A DNA stretch of 64,000 nt from Trichodelitschia bisporula (taxonomy: Eukaryota): positions 62,001-126,000 of the forward strand of contig ML996706.1 of the NCBI GenBank assembly GCA_010356995.1. Direction: 5' to 3'. Both the position numbers and the translations under genes were made by a program. Below are positions 49,354 through 61,348 of the stretch, piece by piece. The notes below the pieces were generated by a model. It worked only from the letters and a program-made list of their open reading frames with translations. It was not told where the DNA came from and made no database searches. Position 1 is the stretch's first letter; every line of letters begins with the position of its first letter.

Positions 49354-51553
49354 ATGTCCTCCCGCCCCAAACAAAAGACTGCCAAAGGGCGTGCAGCTCA
49401 AGAGGGACAGTCCGAGATCAGTTCGTACTCCTAGGTATCCCAATGAACAAGCTAACGCGTTTCCAGCTGATCCCCGATTCCGCTCCATCCAAACCGATCC
49501 ACGCTTCCGCCTCCCCTCCAAGAAACACACACACGTCAAGCTCGACAAGCGTTTTGCCAAGGTCCTTAAGGATGATGACTTCTCCCAGAAGGCCAGTGTC
49601 GATCGCTACGGTCGGAAGATCGACAAGGCCGCTGGCCGCAAAGACCTCGAGCGCCTGTACAAGCTAGAATCAGACGAGGAGGACGAAGACGTGGTGGCAG
49701 ATGATGATGAGGTGCTCAAGGAGCTGAGACGGGCGGATAAGAAGTACGATCCCGCGCGGGACGGCGGCTTCTCTTCGTCAGAGGAGGACAGTGACAGTGA
49801 TGAGGAGGTGGAGGTGGAAGAGGAAGTCGATGAGGCAGCACTCTTCCCTTCAAAGGCCGATGAGGTTCCTTTGGGAGAGATTTCCTCTCGGCTGGCGGTG
49901 GTCAATCTCGACTGGGACAATATCCGCGCCGTAGACCTTCTCGCCGTGGCATCGAGCTTCGCACCCGCAGACGGCAAGATCATCAACGCGATCGTTTATC
50001 CAAGCGAATTCGGGCGAGAGCGCATGGACCGTGAGGAGCTGGAAGGACCGCCGCGGGAGATCTTCAACAATAGCAAGGCGAATTCAGATTCAGATACTGA
50101 GTCAGACGCCCAATCAGGAACCGAGGACGTCGATTCTGAAGACGAGGAAGAGGAAATCAAGAAGCGCCTACTACAAGAAGAGAAAGCGGAAGATTTCGAT
50201 CCCTCAGCCCTGCGACGCTACCAGCTGGACCGGTTAAAGTACTACTACGCAGTGTTGACCTGCTCATCTCCCACTGTGGCAAAGGCGCTGTACGACGCTA
50301 TGGACGGCCGCGAGTACCTCTCCTCCGCTAACTTCTTCGACCTCCGCTTCATCCCCGATGACGTATCATTCGACGATGAGGCCCCACGCGACGAAGCCAC
50401 TACCATCCCGACCGGGTACCGTCCTACCGAGTTCGTAACCGACGCGCTGACGCACTCGCGCGTCAAGTTAACGTGGGACGCCGAGGACACAAAACGCAAG
50501 GAGGTTCAAAAGCGGGCCTTCAGTCGACAAGAAATGGACGAGAACGACCTCCAGGCCTACATTGGAAGCGCATCGGAGTCGGAAGAGTCAGAAGCGGAAG
50601 CCGAGGCCGAGGCTGGGAAGGGAGATCGCCGGGCAGCATTGCGCGCGGCACTGGGCCTTGGAGGAGCGCCGACGAAGGCGAAGGGTCGGAAGCAGGAGGC
50701 CCCGGTCGGCGATATGCAGATCAGCTTCACACCCGGCCTCTCGGCGACGGCAAAGAAGGGCCCTGTATTCGAAAACGAGCCGATTATCGAAGAAACGACG
50801 GCCGAGCAGTACATTCGCAAGGAACGCGAGCGGAAAGCCAAGCGGAAGGAGAAGGCGCGGGCACAGCGCCTCGGCTTGCCGGACCCAACAGAGGCTGCAG
50901 ACGACAAGTCTGCGGACGAGGCAAAGCCCACAGACAAGAAGGACAAGAAGGACAAGAAGACGAAGAAAGACAGGAAGGCCAAGTCGCCCATCCCCGATGA
51001 AGAAGACCCCTTCAACGACCCCTTCTTCACAGACCCCGTCGCCGCTCTCGACGCCGCTAAAAAGGCGCGCAAAGCCGAGAAGGCGCGTCTCCGCGCCGAA
51101 CGCGCGGCAGAAGAAGCAGCGACGTCTGCGCAGCGCGCCGAGCTGGAGCTGCTCATGGACGACAATACGAATTTGCGCCACTTTGATATGCGCGAAGTTA
51201 TGAAGGCCGAGAAGGAGGCTAAGCGCGGGGGCAAGAAGGGGAAGAATCGGGGGAAGAAGGGCGGGGACGATGGGGCTGAGACGAAGCCGGCGGATAATTT
51301 TAAGATGGATGTCCACGATCCGCGGTTCAGTCGCTTGTTTGAGAGTCATGAGTTTGCGATTGATCCCACAAATCCGCGGTTCAAGGGTACGGAGGGTATG
51401 AAGGCGTTGTTAGAGGAAGGGCGGAGAAAGAGGGCAAGGGAGGGGGATGTCGAGGGGGCGCCGGAGGAGAAGAAGGCCAGAGCGAGCGGCACATCACGGA
51501 GCGAGGATATCACGCAGCTGGTGGAGAAGGTCAAGAATAAGTCGAAGCACTAG
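49354..51553 (+). CDS. ESF1: Pre-rRNA-processing protein Esf1
   Basis: TDPRF repeats, VDRYGRK, RLAVVNLDWD, YYYAV, FDLRFIPD, NUC153-like DPRFSRLFESHEFAIDPT; intron 49421-49467. Confidence 0.95.
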
Positions 51554-51649
51554 TTCTAGGGTGCACTTGTATTTATAGGCTCTACATACCATCGTGCTCG
51601 GTGTATCAAAGGGGAATAGGGGCATATTCTGCACCCAAGCGCAACGCCT

Positions 51650-53868
51650 TTAAAAGTTCATCAAATCTGGATACGGTCAGCGCAACTCGAAACCGCGGTG
51701 CGAAACTTGCCTCTCCCAAACAGGCCCCTCTTTGTCCAGTCCATTGCTAACATAAATCGCGTGCGGAAGCTGACGCTCTGCGCGAAGTAGATGCTACGCC
51801 AGAGGTAGACAGCCATGAGGCCGCCGGCGAAGTTCATTCCACCGATGTCGAACACCGCTGCATTGCCGACGTACGCCAGACTGCCGAGGTTGTGGTACTC
51901 AAACGCCTTGTACACCGATTCATCCAGGTCTCCGTAGTCCACCTGATTGAGTTGCATCCCAGGAGCCACTTGCGCCATCCGGTTGAGCTTTTTGGCGAGG
52001 TACGTGCCCTGCTGGTGCGCGCGCTGAGCCGTCGCTGGCAAGCTCGTCAGCTTGCTGTCAATCTGTATCAGCAGCTCTCTCAGCTCGCCGAAATCCAGCG
52101 TCCCACTCTTATCCTTGTCATACTGCTGGAACAGGCGATCTAACCGGCGCAAATGGTCCGCGGCCTGAGGAAAGCGCTGCCGAACCTTTTTGGCCACGGA
52201 TCGCCAGTCGGAGAATGTGATTTGCATGTCCTCTGGGTTCTTGCCCTTCTCCCACGCCAGCGTGCGTAGGAAGGTGACGATATGGTCTGAGACATTGTTT
52301 TGCACGGTACTGCAATCGCCAATGGCATAGACGTCGCCAAGGGGCGCGCCGATGAGGCGGAGATGTGTGTCGGTTTCCAGGGCGTGCTTGTTCTTCTGTA
52401 CCTCGATTTTGTCCGCAAGGCGCCTGCTGAATTCGGTTTGGGCTGTGTTGTTAGCCGGGCCCCATAACATTGGGGTCACTTATCACTTACCGACGCCCGT
52501 TGACCATAGACAAAAGCCCATGGGGATTTCCTTGACAATGTCCTTGCCCTGTTCATCCTTTTGTGAGAACAGAATCCGGTCCGGTTTGACTTCCTTGACT
52601 CTCGCGTTGGTTTGCACATCGACGGAATCGTGGGCAAAGCGCGCCTGATATCATCAGCATATTTCTCTCTCGTCGTCTGGGGAGCATACTTCTGCGTAAC
52701 GCGACAGGGTCTCGTCGTAGGTGTTCAAGATGTGACCTCTGCTCTGAACCAGATGCACAGAAATCTCGCAGCGCAAGATCTTGGGGAAGAATTTGACAAC
52801 ATCTTCGTTGAGCATGTCATACAGCTCGGCGGCAAACTCGACGCCGGTAGGCCCACCGCCGCAAATCACGAACGAGAGTAGTCGCTTACGCTCCTCGTCC
52901 GTCGTTGTAGGGAGAGAGGCGGTCTCGAGGTTCCGAATGACCGTGTTGCGGATCAAGCGCGCATCATTGGTGTCCTTCAAGAAGTGGCAGTTATCGAGGC
53001 CTTTGACGCCGTGCGGGTTCGAGACAGAGCCAACGGCAACAACGAGCTTATCGTACGGGAGGTAGAAGCTCTGGTTTTCGCCATTCGGACCGACGGCGGT
53101 GCATTCCACCAGCTTTTCCGAGAACTCAATATCTTGAGCCATGGCTTTGAGAAAGTGTCCGTCTACGCGCGCTACAATGGGTCGGATAGGCTCAACCAGC
53201 GACCGGAGGTCCAGCGTACCAACGGTGGCGGACGGCAGCATGGGCGTGAAGAGGAAGTGATTCGATGGTGATACAACTGTAACATGGTACTCGTCCGGGT
53301 CGATATTCTTGAGCAAGGACACAGCGCCCCACCCGGTGCCGAGGATTACGAGCTTTGGTTTGTGCTTCTGGTTCTTCTTTGATGGGGAGTCATCATCGTC
53401 AATTAGGTGTTCAGCAATAGGTAAGTTCTTCGGGCCTCCACGCCTAGGATTCAACGCAACCTCTGAAACAGAAACATCTTCATTGGCAGGCCCCATGCGA
53501 TATGTCGTCGCATCGTAGATGAAGACGGCGGTCAGGACACCGCCGAGGGAAAGGACAACGAAACCGAGCGCGGCAAAGCTTCGATATGCGTATCGGTAGA
53601 CGCGCGATTTTGTGTTCGGCAGTGGCCTTGTGGAGAGTGCTCGGCCGGTCGTATAGATAGCAGTTCTAGACCATCTCCTCGTGAGGTGGCTCGCGATTGT
53701 GGGTCCAGAGGGTCTAGAGCGGGAGGTGAGGCTGTACAAACGCGCTGGCGTGACTGGAGACGTGCGCAATCGTGTTCGACATTGAGATGAAAGAGCTTGT
53801 GATACTTTGAAGGTGTTCGATGGTGTGGAAACCCGCGCAGCTCGTGCGAATGCCTGGTGAAATGGCAT
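51650..53868 (-). CDS. Mitochondrial external alternative NADH dehydrogenase with EF-hand (Neurospora NDE-1 type)
   Basis: ILGTGWG, FTPMLPS, CGGGPTGVEFAAEL, AIGDC, EF-hand DKDKSGTLDFGEL, PATAQRAHQQG. Three introns; the last is GC-AG (51667-51710), giving C-terminal GRDLMNF. Confidence 0.93.
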
Positions 53869-54732
53869 GGTGAGAAGGCGCGCGGGGAACGCGCAACGAG
53901 CGGGTTGTTGTTGTCAGAGCCACAACAGGAGTGAGAGGATCAATGGCAAGAAGGGAAGACAACCACAGACTAGGCAAAGAGGCGAGCAAAGGGTGATTAT
54001 GTAAGAGGTGAGAAGATGTCGCGAAAAGAAGATAGCATAACTAGTTCTAGTGGATGAGCTGTGAATATGGCCCACTTGCGCGAATTTCCGGTGACGTAGA
54101 CTCCAGGTTGCCAGGGGTCCGTGGGAGTCTTCTTCCCAGGGTTCCTCGCGGGCAAAGCGGGCCGTCTTGAGGCACGTTCACGGCCAAACCGGAAGCGACC
54201 GCAAACAAGCTTCCAGCTAAGCACCGGGAACGTGTACCGGTAAAACAGCTGATCTGCTCACATCCAAGATAACCCCGGGCTACTGTTGTATGTGCTATCA
54301 GGTTAAGATGTCCTTTCGTTCTTGGTAAAGATCATGAAGCATGATAGTCTCAGTAGTTCCTAAACTCAACGCTGTGTTAGCTCATTCTGAGGTCAGCTAA
54401 CCCATCCTATCTCGGTATCTTGAGCTCGAAGGGAACACCAATCAAGTATGCATCCTGGCAGCTCCGTAAGATGATCATGCAAGCTGAAGTAATGCTCCAC
54501 CTCGCGCCTTGCTGCCAGGTACGCTGTGCTAACCGCTTGAGCGGAGACTGCGTGATAACCGGCCATCCTCTTAGTGTACTTGAGCAAGCAGCATCTGCGT
54601 CCAAAGCGATGCATTAATATACTATGTGTACGCCTCTTCCTTTAAGTACAGCCTTGTTCGCAGTGCCAACGCAGTCTTTTAGCATTGTTATTTGGTTATA
54701 GATTTAAAAAAGTAGGTTTTCATCAGCAAATA

Positions 54733-54820
54733 TCTCCTTTGGTGTAGTGGTTATCACTTTGGATTTTGATGTATATCTTCAAAAGTTCCAACAACCCCGG
54801 TTCGACTCCGGGAAGGAGAT
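54733..54820 (+). tRNA. tRNA-Gln(TTG) with ~16-nt intron
   Basis: Acceptor TCTCCTT/AAGGAGA, D arm GTGTAGTGGTTATCAC, anticodon arm TTGGA-TT-TTG-A[intron]T-TCCAA, T arm CCCGG-TTCGACT-CCGGG, T-run terminator. Confidence 0.9.
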
Positions 54821-55130
54821 TACTTTTTCGTTTCACGATATTTTTCATTGATCCGAGAGGATATCTCTTTTTGTGTAAATTCACAAGAGTCCTAGCCGTT
54901 GATTTTGGGCGGAGGGAGCATCATCAGGACCAGAACTTGTCTCAGCCTTGGACAGCAGCCTTTCGGCAAATCTGGGACACTTCGTTGTTCCAATACGAGT
55001 GTCAACGAAGTTTAAAAAATGGCCTCGAGGATCGATCTCAAAGAATTGAAGGTTCTTGGCAGTCGCTGATTAACGAAGCAAGCATGCACATCCCCTCCAA
55101 ACTCCACCATATCCTCATCACCAACTCATA

Positions 55131-55490
55131 TCAAAACAACCCCCCAACCGCCCCCGATGTCCCTCCAGAACCACTACCACCCCACCCTCCCACCGCCGCA
55201 CTTCCTCCCCCACCACCACCTCCTCCAACAGCCGCAACCCCATCTGCCGCCCCCGCCGCCGCTCCAGTCCCAGTACTTCCCCCATTCAGCTTCTCGAACT
55301 TCCCGCGGTCATCCTGCTTCCTCCCGCCGTCACAGCAACACCAGCATCCATACCACCATGTCGTAAAGATGCCGAGGAGAAGGATGAACACGCCGAAGCT
55401 AACTGCGATGATTATGGTTGCGCGCTGTGAGGCGGGTTTGCAGGAGGAGGGTTCGCATTTGTGGTATGTGCGGAAGTGGAGGAGGGGCAT
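55131..55490 (-). CDS. Small single-pass membrane protein with Cys cluster and Gly-rich tail
   Basis: TM IIIAVSFGVFILLLGIFTTWWY followed by GCWCCC and a Gly/Ala-rich C-terminus. Confidence 0.55.
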   Translation of the reverse strand: MPLLHFRTYHKCEPSSCKPASQRATIIIAVSFGVFILLLGIFTTWWYGCWCCCDGGRKQDDRGKFEKLNGGSTGTGAAAGAADGVAAVGGGGGGGGSAAVGGWGGSGSGGTSGAVGGLF

Positions 55491-55989
55491 CGTTGTGGCG
55501 CGTGGGGGTTGATTGAAGGAGTGATGGGCGATACAGTATGTATTGTGGTGATAGGCGATGCAGTATGGGTTGTGAGGATTTGGAGGTTCGAGAGTGTGTA
55601 TCAAATCTGGCGACCAGGCTGAAATGATCGACAAGGAAGGTGAGATGGCTTGTCAATGGAGATCAGAAATGCAACACCACCAGTAGACGGGCTTCGAAAA
55701 GAACCTTATATGCGCCTTGCGACATGCTTCAAGGGATGGCGTAGGCGAGCTGAATGATATCCAGTGGTTGAAACCCACGATGCGGCTGAGCAACAGAGCA
55801 CACTAGCCAGATTCGGGAATTCCATGCGCGCCATGGCGTTGTGTACGACCTCACGATAGTACGAAAATAGACATAGTCAGCGGAGAGACCGAATTTCCCC
55901 TCGACACGGTGTTCAATACGCTTGATTGTTGTTGGCTCAATGTCATCCAGACTGGTCGTTATTGACCTGCGATGCAATGCCCTTCCACC

Positions 55990-58338
55990 CTAAATCTCAA
56001 CAATCTTCTTCTTCCCCTTCCGATCCACCCTCTCATCCCTCGGATCAAACCCCCCATTCCCCCACAGCGCCCATTCGGGCGTCTCATCGCCCACATAATC
56101 ATCCGGCCCAAACGGCTTCCCACTCTCCAACAACTCGAAGAACCGGCCATAGTCAATGCGCGTGCACCACTTGCCGTCGCGCCGGAAGCGGGTACTCGCC
56201 AGCAAAACACAGCAGCTATGCGCATGCTCCGCCGCAATTCCGTAGCTCAGTCCGCGCCGCGCAAGCGCCGCATCTAGCGCCACGACAAAGGCCTGGACTT
56301 CAGCGTAGAAGGGCACGTTTTGCATGGTCAGGCCAGCGGCGGAAGACGTCGATGTGCCGCAGTATGTAACACCCTTAACCTCCACAAAACACGGCAGGCC
56401 CTTAGCGACCAGATCCGCGTACCCCTCGACCTCTTCGTCAATGTTGAAGCCCTTCACCAGCGTGAGCCGGAAAACGGTGCGTTGCTCGAAGCGTTTCTCG
56501 CGCAGGATGTCGAGACAGCGGTTGAAACGCTCCCAGAAGTCGCGGTGGAGGGGTCGGTCGATTTTGCGCAGGCTCTCCTTGTTGGAGGCGTCGATGGAGA
56601 CGTAGAGTTGGGTGACGTGGTTCAGGGTTGCGAGTTGGTCGGGATGTTGGGCGTTACAGACGAGGAAGGAGGAGATGTGCTCCTTGTGGAGCATGGCGGT
56701 GAACTCGTTGATGTAGGGGTAGAAGATGGGCTCGCCGACGAGGCTGAGTGCGCAATGCCGGATACGCATGGCTTCTGCGAAGCGTTCGGCACGCACGCCG
56801 GGAACGCCTTTCATCATCTTGATCTTCTTGTAGTGGCCCTCCTTGACCCCCTCGAAGATGACCTCTGGCGGGTCGACCTTCCACCTCCACGTCGTTCCGA
56901 CGGGGTTAGTTCCGTGCCGCCAGCAGAAGACGCATTTGTTGCTACATGACAGCGATGGTGTGGATTCCATGCATAGGTGAGACTTGATGCCGTAGAACGT
57001 GAATTTGTAGCAGGATCCTCGGCCACGGAGCGCTGATTTAGTCCAGCGGCAGATTTTGACTCCAGAGTGTGAGCCCACGATCGTGTAGCCTTGCTTTGTA
57101 AGGGACGCATATGTTGGAGAAGACTTGGGAACCATCTCTTTGAGGGGGGCAGGTGCTGGTGCCGGTGCTGAGGCGGGCTTGTTGAAGGTCGTAAAGTCAA
57201 TGGCCATCGGTGCCCACTCCTCTGAGTCCTTTTCAACAGGTCCCCGGTAAGATTTTCCGAGGTCCTCAACATCGTCCAGCGAAGCCTTCGAGTTAGGTTC
57301 TTCCTCTTCCTCGTCACTTGCCACCGCGTTGCCGCTTCCCGCTACGCCCTCACCCAACCCCTTTCCGGCGGCGATGTCGACGAGAGCGTCTTGAATGCCA
57401 GACAACCACTCTCCTAACCGCTCCGCTCCGTCAGTTTTGACGTCTCCCATGCCGAGCGGGAATGCTCTCTTCCTTCCGGTGAGTTTTGCAAGCCACTTGT
57501 CAACCTCAATGGCCTGTGAGCAGAATCCCTCTTCTTCTGTCGACCAGCCCTCCCTATCACCGAATCCGAAAACCGTGTACCCGACAAGGCCAGACAGCGG
57601 AGCTGTGTCGATCCGGAAGTCATGGTGTGTCTCTTGCAGGTGCTCAAGGAACGTGTTCAGAACAGTGTCTATGTCGTATGACGGAATGATGACGATGTAG
57701 AAGTATTTTGTATTCGGCTCATCCTTGGGCGCTGTGATGAAGAAATCATCGTATTCAACGTACGACAAGTCATGGGACTGTGTCTCCAACAGCTTAGAGT
57801 CACCGGCCGTTTGACGATCCCGTATCCAGTGGTTGATATCACTGGCCAGCTTTCCTGCGGCCTTCTCGGTGGTGCCAGCGAGGGAGGAGTAGAATATAAG
57901 CGGGCGTATACTGTCGACTTCTGGGTCGAAGAGCATCTGCCCGGTACCTTTCGGCCGGCGAACCTTCTTGCCCGTAACACGCTTAGGGCTGTGTTTGCGT
58001 GCACTCTTGACAGGCTTGGGTTTCTCGGTATATACCACTGCCTTCTCTCCGGACTCTAATGGACGGATCTTAATATCCACTAGAGGCTTTTCAACGCCGT
58101 CTACCAAACTGGGCCGGGGCGAACCCGGCATCGAAGACACCATAGCTTTCGGACGTCCATACTTGAAGTGTAGGCCGAGACGCACAGCAGTCAGGAGGCC
58201 AAAGGTGGAAAGAATGATCGGGATGCGATACTGGTGCCACAGATCCAGCAGCTCTTTTTGGTGTCAGTTTCTTACAATAAGACCCAATGGACAGGAGCAT
58301 TTACCATCAGGAAGCTCAAAAATACCGAGGTGCGGCAT
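55990..58338 (-). CDS. TYW1: tRNA 4-demethylwyosine synthase (flavodoxin + radical SAM)
   Basis: YSSLAGT flavodoxin loop, HSGVKICRWTK, CSNKCVFCWRH (CxxxCxxC), EVKGVTYCG; N-terminal TM; intron 58254-58304. Confidence 0.96.
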
Positions 58339-58689
58339 CGTGACAGTCCTTGCCGTTCGGAAATGTGAGTGGCTGTCGAAGTATCCTCAACACACCAGTG
58401 AGGCTGACAATTCACTTCTGGCTGACATCAAAAAGTTCAGAATCGCGACACTCGCGTGGGGTCGGAACGGCAGAGAGTTCCCCGCTTGATGTGGCGGTGC
58501 ATTTTTGGTCCCTGCAGGGGCCAAGTGGGTGGCTTGCGGGTCAACTGAACGCGTCGAAAGCGGAGCTCACCTGCTGTTAGCGGGTTGAAGCCGACGAACA
58601 ACAAAACACAGCGCCTACTCCAATACCCCTCCACGAAGACCGTCACCATCGCGATCGGAGCATGGCCCATTGCTTCTGAACTCTACACC

Positions 58690-59623
58690 ATGAATAGCCT
58701 CCTCAACCCCCTCAAGATGAGCTCGGAGCACTGCGATCAGCTCGCCACGCCGAACGGCTTCTCCTTCGGTCTCTCCATCTTCATCGTCGTGGGCATCTTA
58801 GTGTCATATCTCCCTCAGCACCTCAGAATTATAGCGCGACGATCTTCAGAAGGTCTCTCTCCATACTTTGTGCTCCTTGGGACGACGTCAGGCACCTTTG
58901 CGCTCGCCAACATCATCACCCTTCCGACATCTCAGGCCGACATTGGATGCTGTCGTGAGATCAGCCGTGTTGCTTGCGCGGCGGGGCTGCTGGGCATCGC
59001 ACAAGTAGCCGTACAATGGGGATGCTTCAGCGTTATGTACGTCTCCTTCGGGTAGCTTAAGCCCCTTGCTGACCCTATGCAGAATGTTTCTCTTCCTCAT
59101 TTTCTTCCCCACTCCGGGTCCTGAAGAGCATGTCCCTGGATCCCCTCGACCGGCTACCTGGCGCGATGCGCTCACCGTGGCGGCTATCTCCGTTGCGCAC
59201 TTCGTTATCGTCATTATAATTTCCATCGTCTTTCTCCTCTGGTACCCAAATCTCCTCCAAGGATGGGCCACATTCCTGGGCGTCTGCGCGGCGCTCCTGG
59301 CTTGTATCCAGTACCTGCCGCAGCTGTGGACGACATGGAGGCTGCAACACGTCATGAGCTTGAGCATACCCATGATGTGCATCCAGACGCCCGGCAGCTT
59401 CGTGTTTGCGGGCAGTCTTGCGGCGCGGCTGGGGTCGTCGGGTTGGAGCTCGTGGGGCGTGTATATTGTTACGGGATGCTTGCAGGGCTGCTTGCTGGCT
59501 ATGGCTATACGCTTTGAGCTTAGGGATAGGAAGAAGGCACAGCAAAGCGGAGGTCTGCGTGTACCGGATGAGCGCTCGCCCCTCCTCTCTCACGTCTCCC
59601 CGCAGCTGCTTGGTCGCGATTAA
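58690..59623 (+). CDS. PQ-loop repeat membrane protein
   Basis: SYLPQ...SSEGLS and QYLPQ...SLSI repeats; intron ~59037-59082. Confidence 0.9.
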
Positions 59624-59853
59624 CGATACCCAGGATAGGAAGATGGGTTGGTGGATATATCATGGCACACGGGACGAACTGGGACTGTAAATTTTGTACG
59701 ACGAAGAGTATCAGCGCTCTCTTCAAGTCATGACTGTTTCTGGCATAGCGGAATTCATCGTGGTCAGTTCCAGCCAAACACTCTGGACTACAATACATTG
59801 CTCGATATCTGGTGCGCTAGTTGAGTTGAAGGTGCTGCAAATGCGACGGGATA

Positions 59854-60978
59854 TCATGAAACCGGCTTGATAATGATGTTGTCAATCAACCTCACAGGTC
59901 CGTGCCCCCCACCAAGCCCAGTGTCCTCTCCTTCTTGGGGCGCTTCCAACGGGAGCATCTTGATGGCGCCGCTCAATATAGCACCTCTCTCATCGATCTC
60001 CTCAACCTCCTCCAGAGTGTCGGGGTCGGCAAGCGAGATGTAGTCGACCTCAAACCTCGCTCTTTGCTCAGCTGGTAGATCATCTTGCTTCAGCATTTCC
60101 TGGTTGACCACATCGTTCGCCGGCCACAAGATCCCAGACCGCGACCTCTCGCCCTTCGCATACTGCGCCGCAGCAGCACGCAGCGCTCGGCTGAGCACGA
60201 CACCAACCTTCCTCCGGCGCGCTCCGAGATAGACATTACGGCTGCTCATCGCAAGGCCGTCTTCTTCGCGCCTTGTCGGCCCAATCCTGACCTCGGTGTT
60301 GATGTAAAAGTCCTTGACCATGCGCTTAATCACCACAGTTTGCTGCACATCCTTCTGTCCAAAGTACACGCGCTCTGGCTCGACAATGTTAAACAGCTTC
60401 ATGCACACTGTGGCCACGCCGCGGAAGAAGACCGGCCGCGATGCGCCCTCGAGAAGTTCTGCAACCGGCGTGATGGTCACGAAGCTGCCCTTGCCGTTGA
60501 TCTCGGAGCTCGGAGGAAGCGTGGGATACATGACGTTGGTGCTAGGCGCAAAGATGGCTGATATCTTGCCAGATCCGGGCTTCGAATCCAGTTCCTTCTG
60601 CAGCTCGTTGAGCATTCGTACGTCGCTCTCCCACGTCTTTGGGTAGGTCGTCAGGTCCTCGTTGATGCCAAACTGCGTCGGGTTGACGTATATGCTCACG
60701 AAGACATCCGTGTTCTCTGCAGCAGCCTGCCGGACAAGGGAGAGGTGGCCATCGTGCAGAGCACCCATGGTGGGAACGAGGCCGACGGTACGGTTTGCGA
60801 AGAGGAGTGAGCGGCGGAAGGAGCGCAATGGCGGGACACCGTGGAACACTTGAAGAGGCGATGTGTCGGCAACGGCTTTGCTCGTGCTAAACAGTTGCCT
60901 GGAGCGAGCTATAGCGAAATACGTGATGCCACGCCTCGGTGTGCGCAAAGCCGCGGATATCGAAAATGCGAGAGACAT
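59854..60978 (-). CDS. PAN6: Pantoate--beta-alanine ligase
   Basis: VPTMGALHDGH, FGQKDVQQ, GLAMSSRN, RLIDN. Confidence 0.96.
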   Translation of the reverse strand: MSLAFSISAALRTPRRGITYFAIARSRQLFSTSKAVADTSPLQVFHGVPPLRSFRRSLLFANRTVGLVPTMGALHDGHLSLVRQAAAENTDVFVSIYVNPTQFGINEDLTTYPKTWESDVRMLNELQKELDSKPGSGKISAIFAPSTNVMYPTLPPSSEINGKGSFVTITPVAELLEGASRPVFFRGVATVCMKLFNIVEPERVYFGQKDVQQTVVIKRMVKDFYINTEVRIGPTRREEDGLAMSSRNVYLGARRRKVGVVLSRALRAAAAQYAKGERSRSGILWPANDVVNQEMLKQDDLPAEQRARFEVDYISLADPDTLEEVEEIDERGAILSGAIKMLPLEAPQEGEDTGLGGGHGPVRLIDNIIIKPVS

Positions 60979-61348
60979 GTTGCGCGAGAAGGGAGTGCGA
61001 GTGCTAGACAGCTAAACTTCTTCAGCCGGGGAGCCTGAGGGCTATGTAAGCTCGGAGTTCCTCGATGCCGGTGGGAAGTGTAGCTGTATCCATGGTCAAT
61101 GGCTTCGGAAAGGAAGGGGAGGGAGGGGAGGTCGAACCTGAATGTTCGCTGAAGCTCTCGTCCCGAGCCGGTAACGCGACCGGGGGTGGGCACTGGTGCA
61201 TCTAATCTTATCTTTTTACATTTGCGCCGCCACTTTTTTCTGCGGCGCATCGCTAGAAACTTTCCTTCGACATCTTGATCGTCCGAAATCGCCATCCCCA
61301 CTCCCATACCCTAAGCGCAGACTCAGGAACTGTAATACGACAGCCGAC

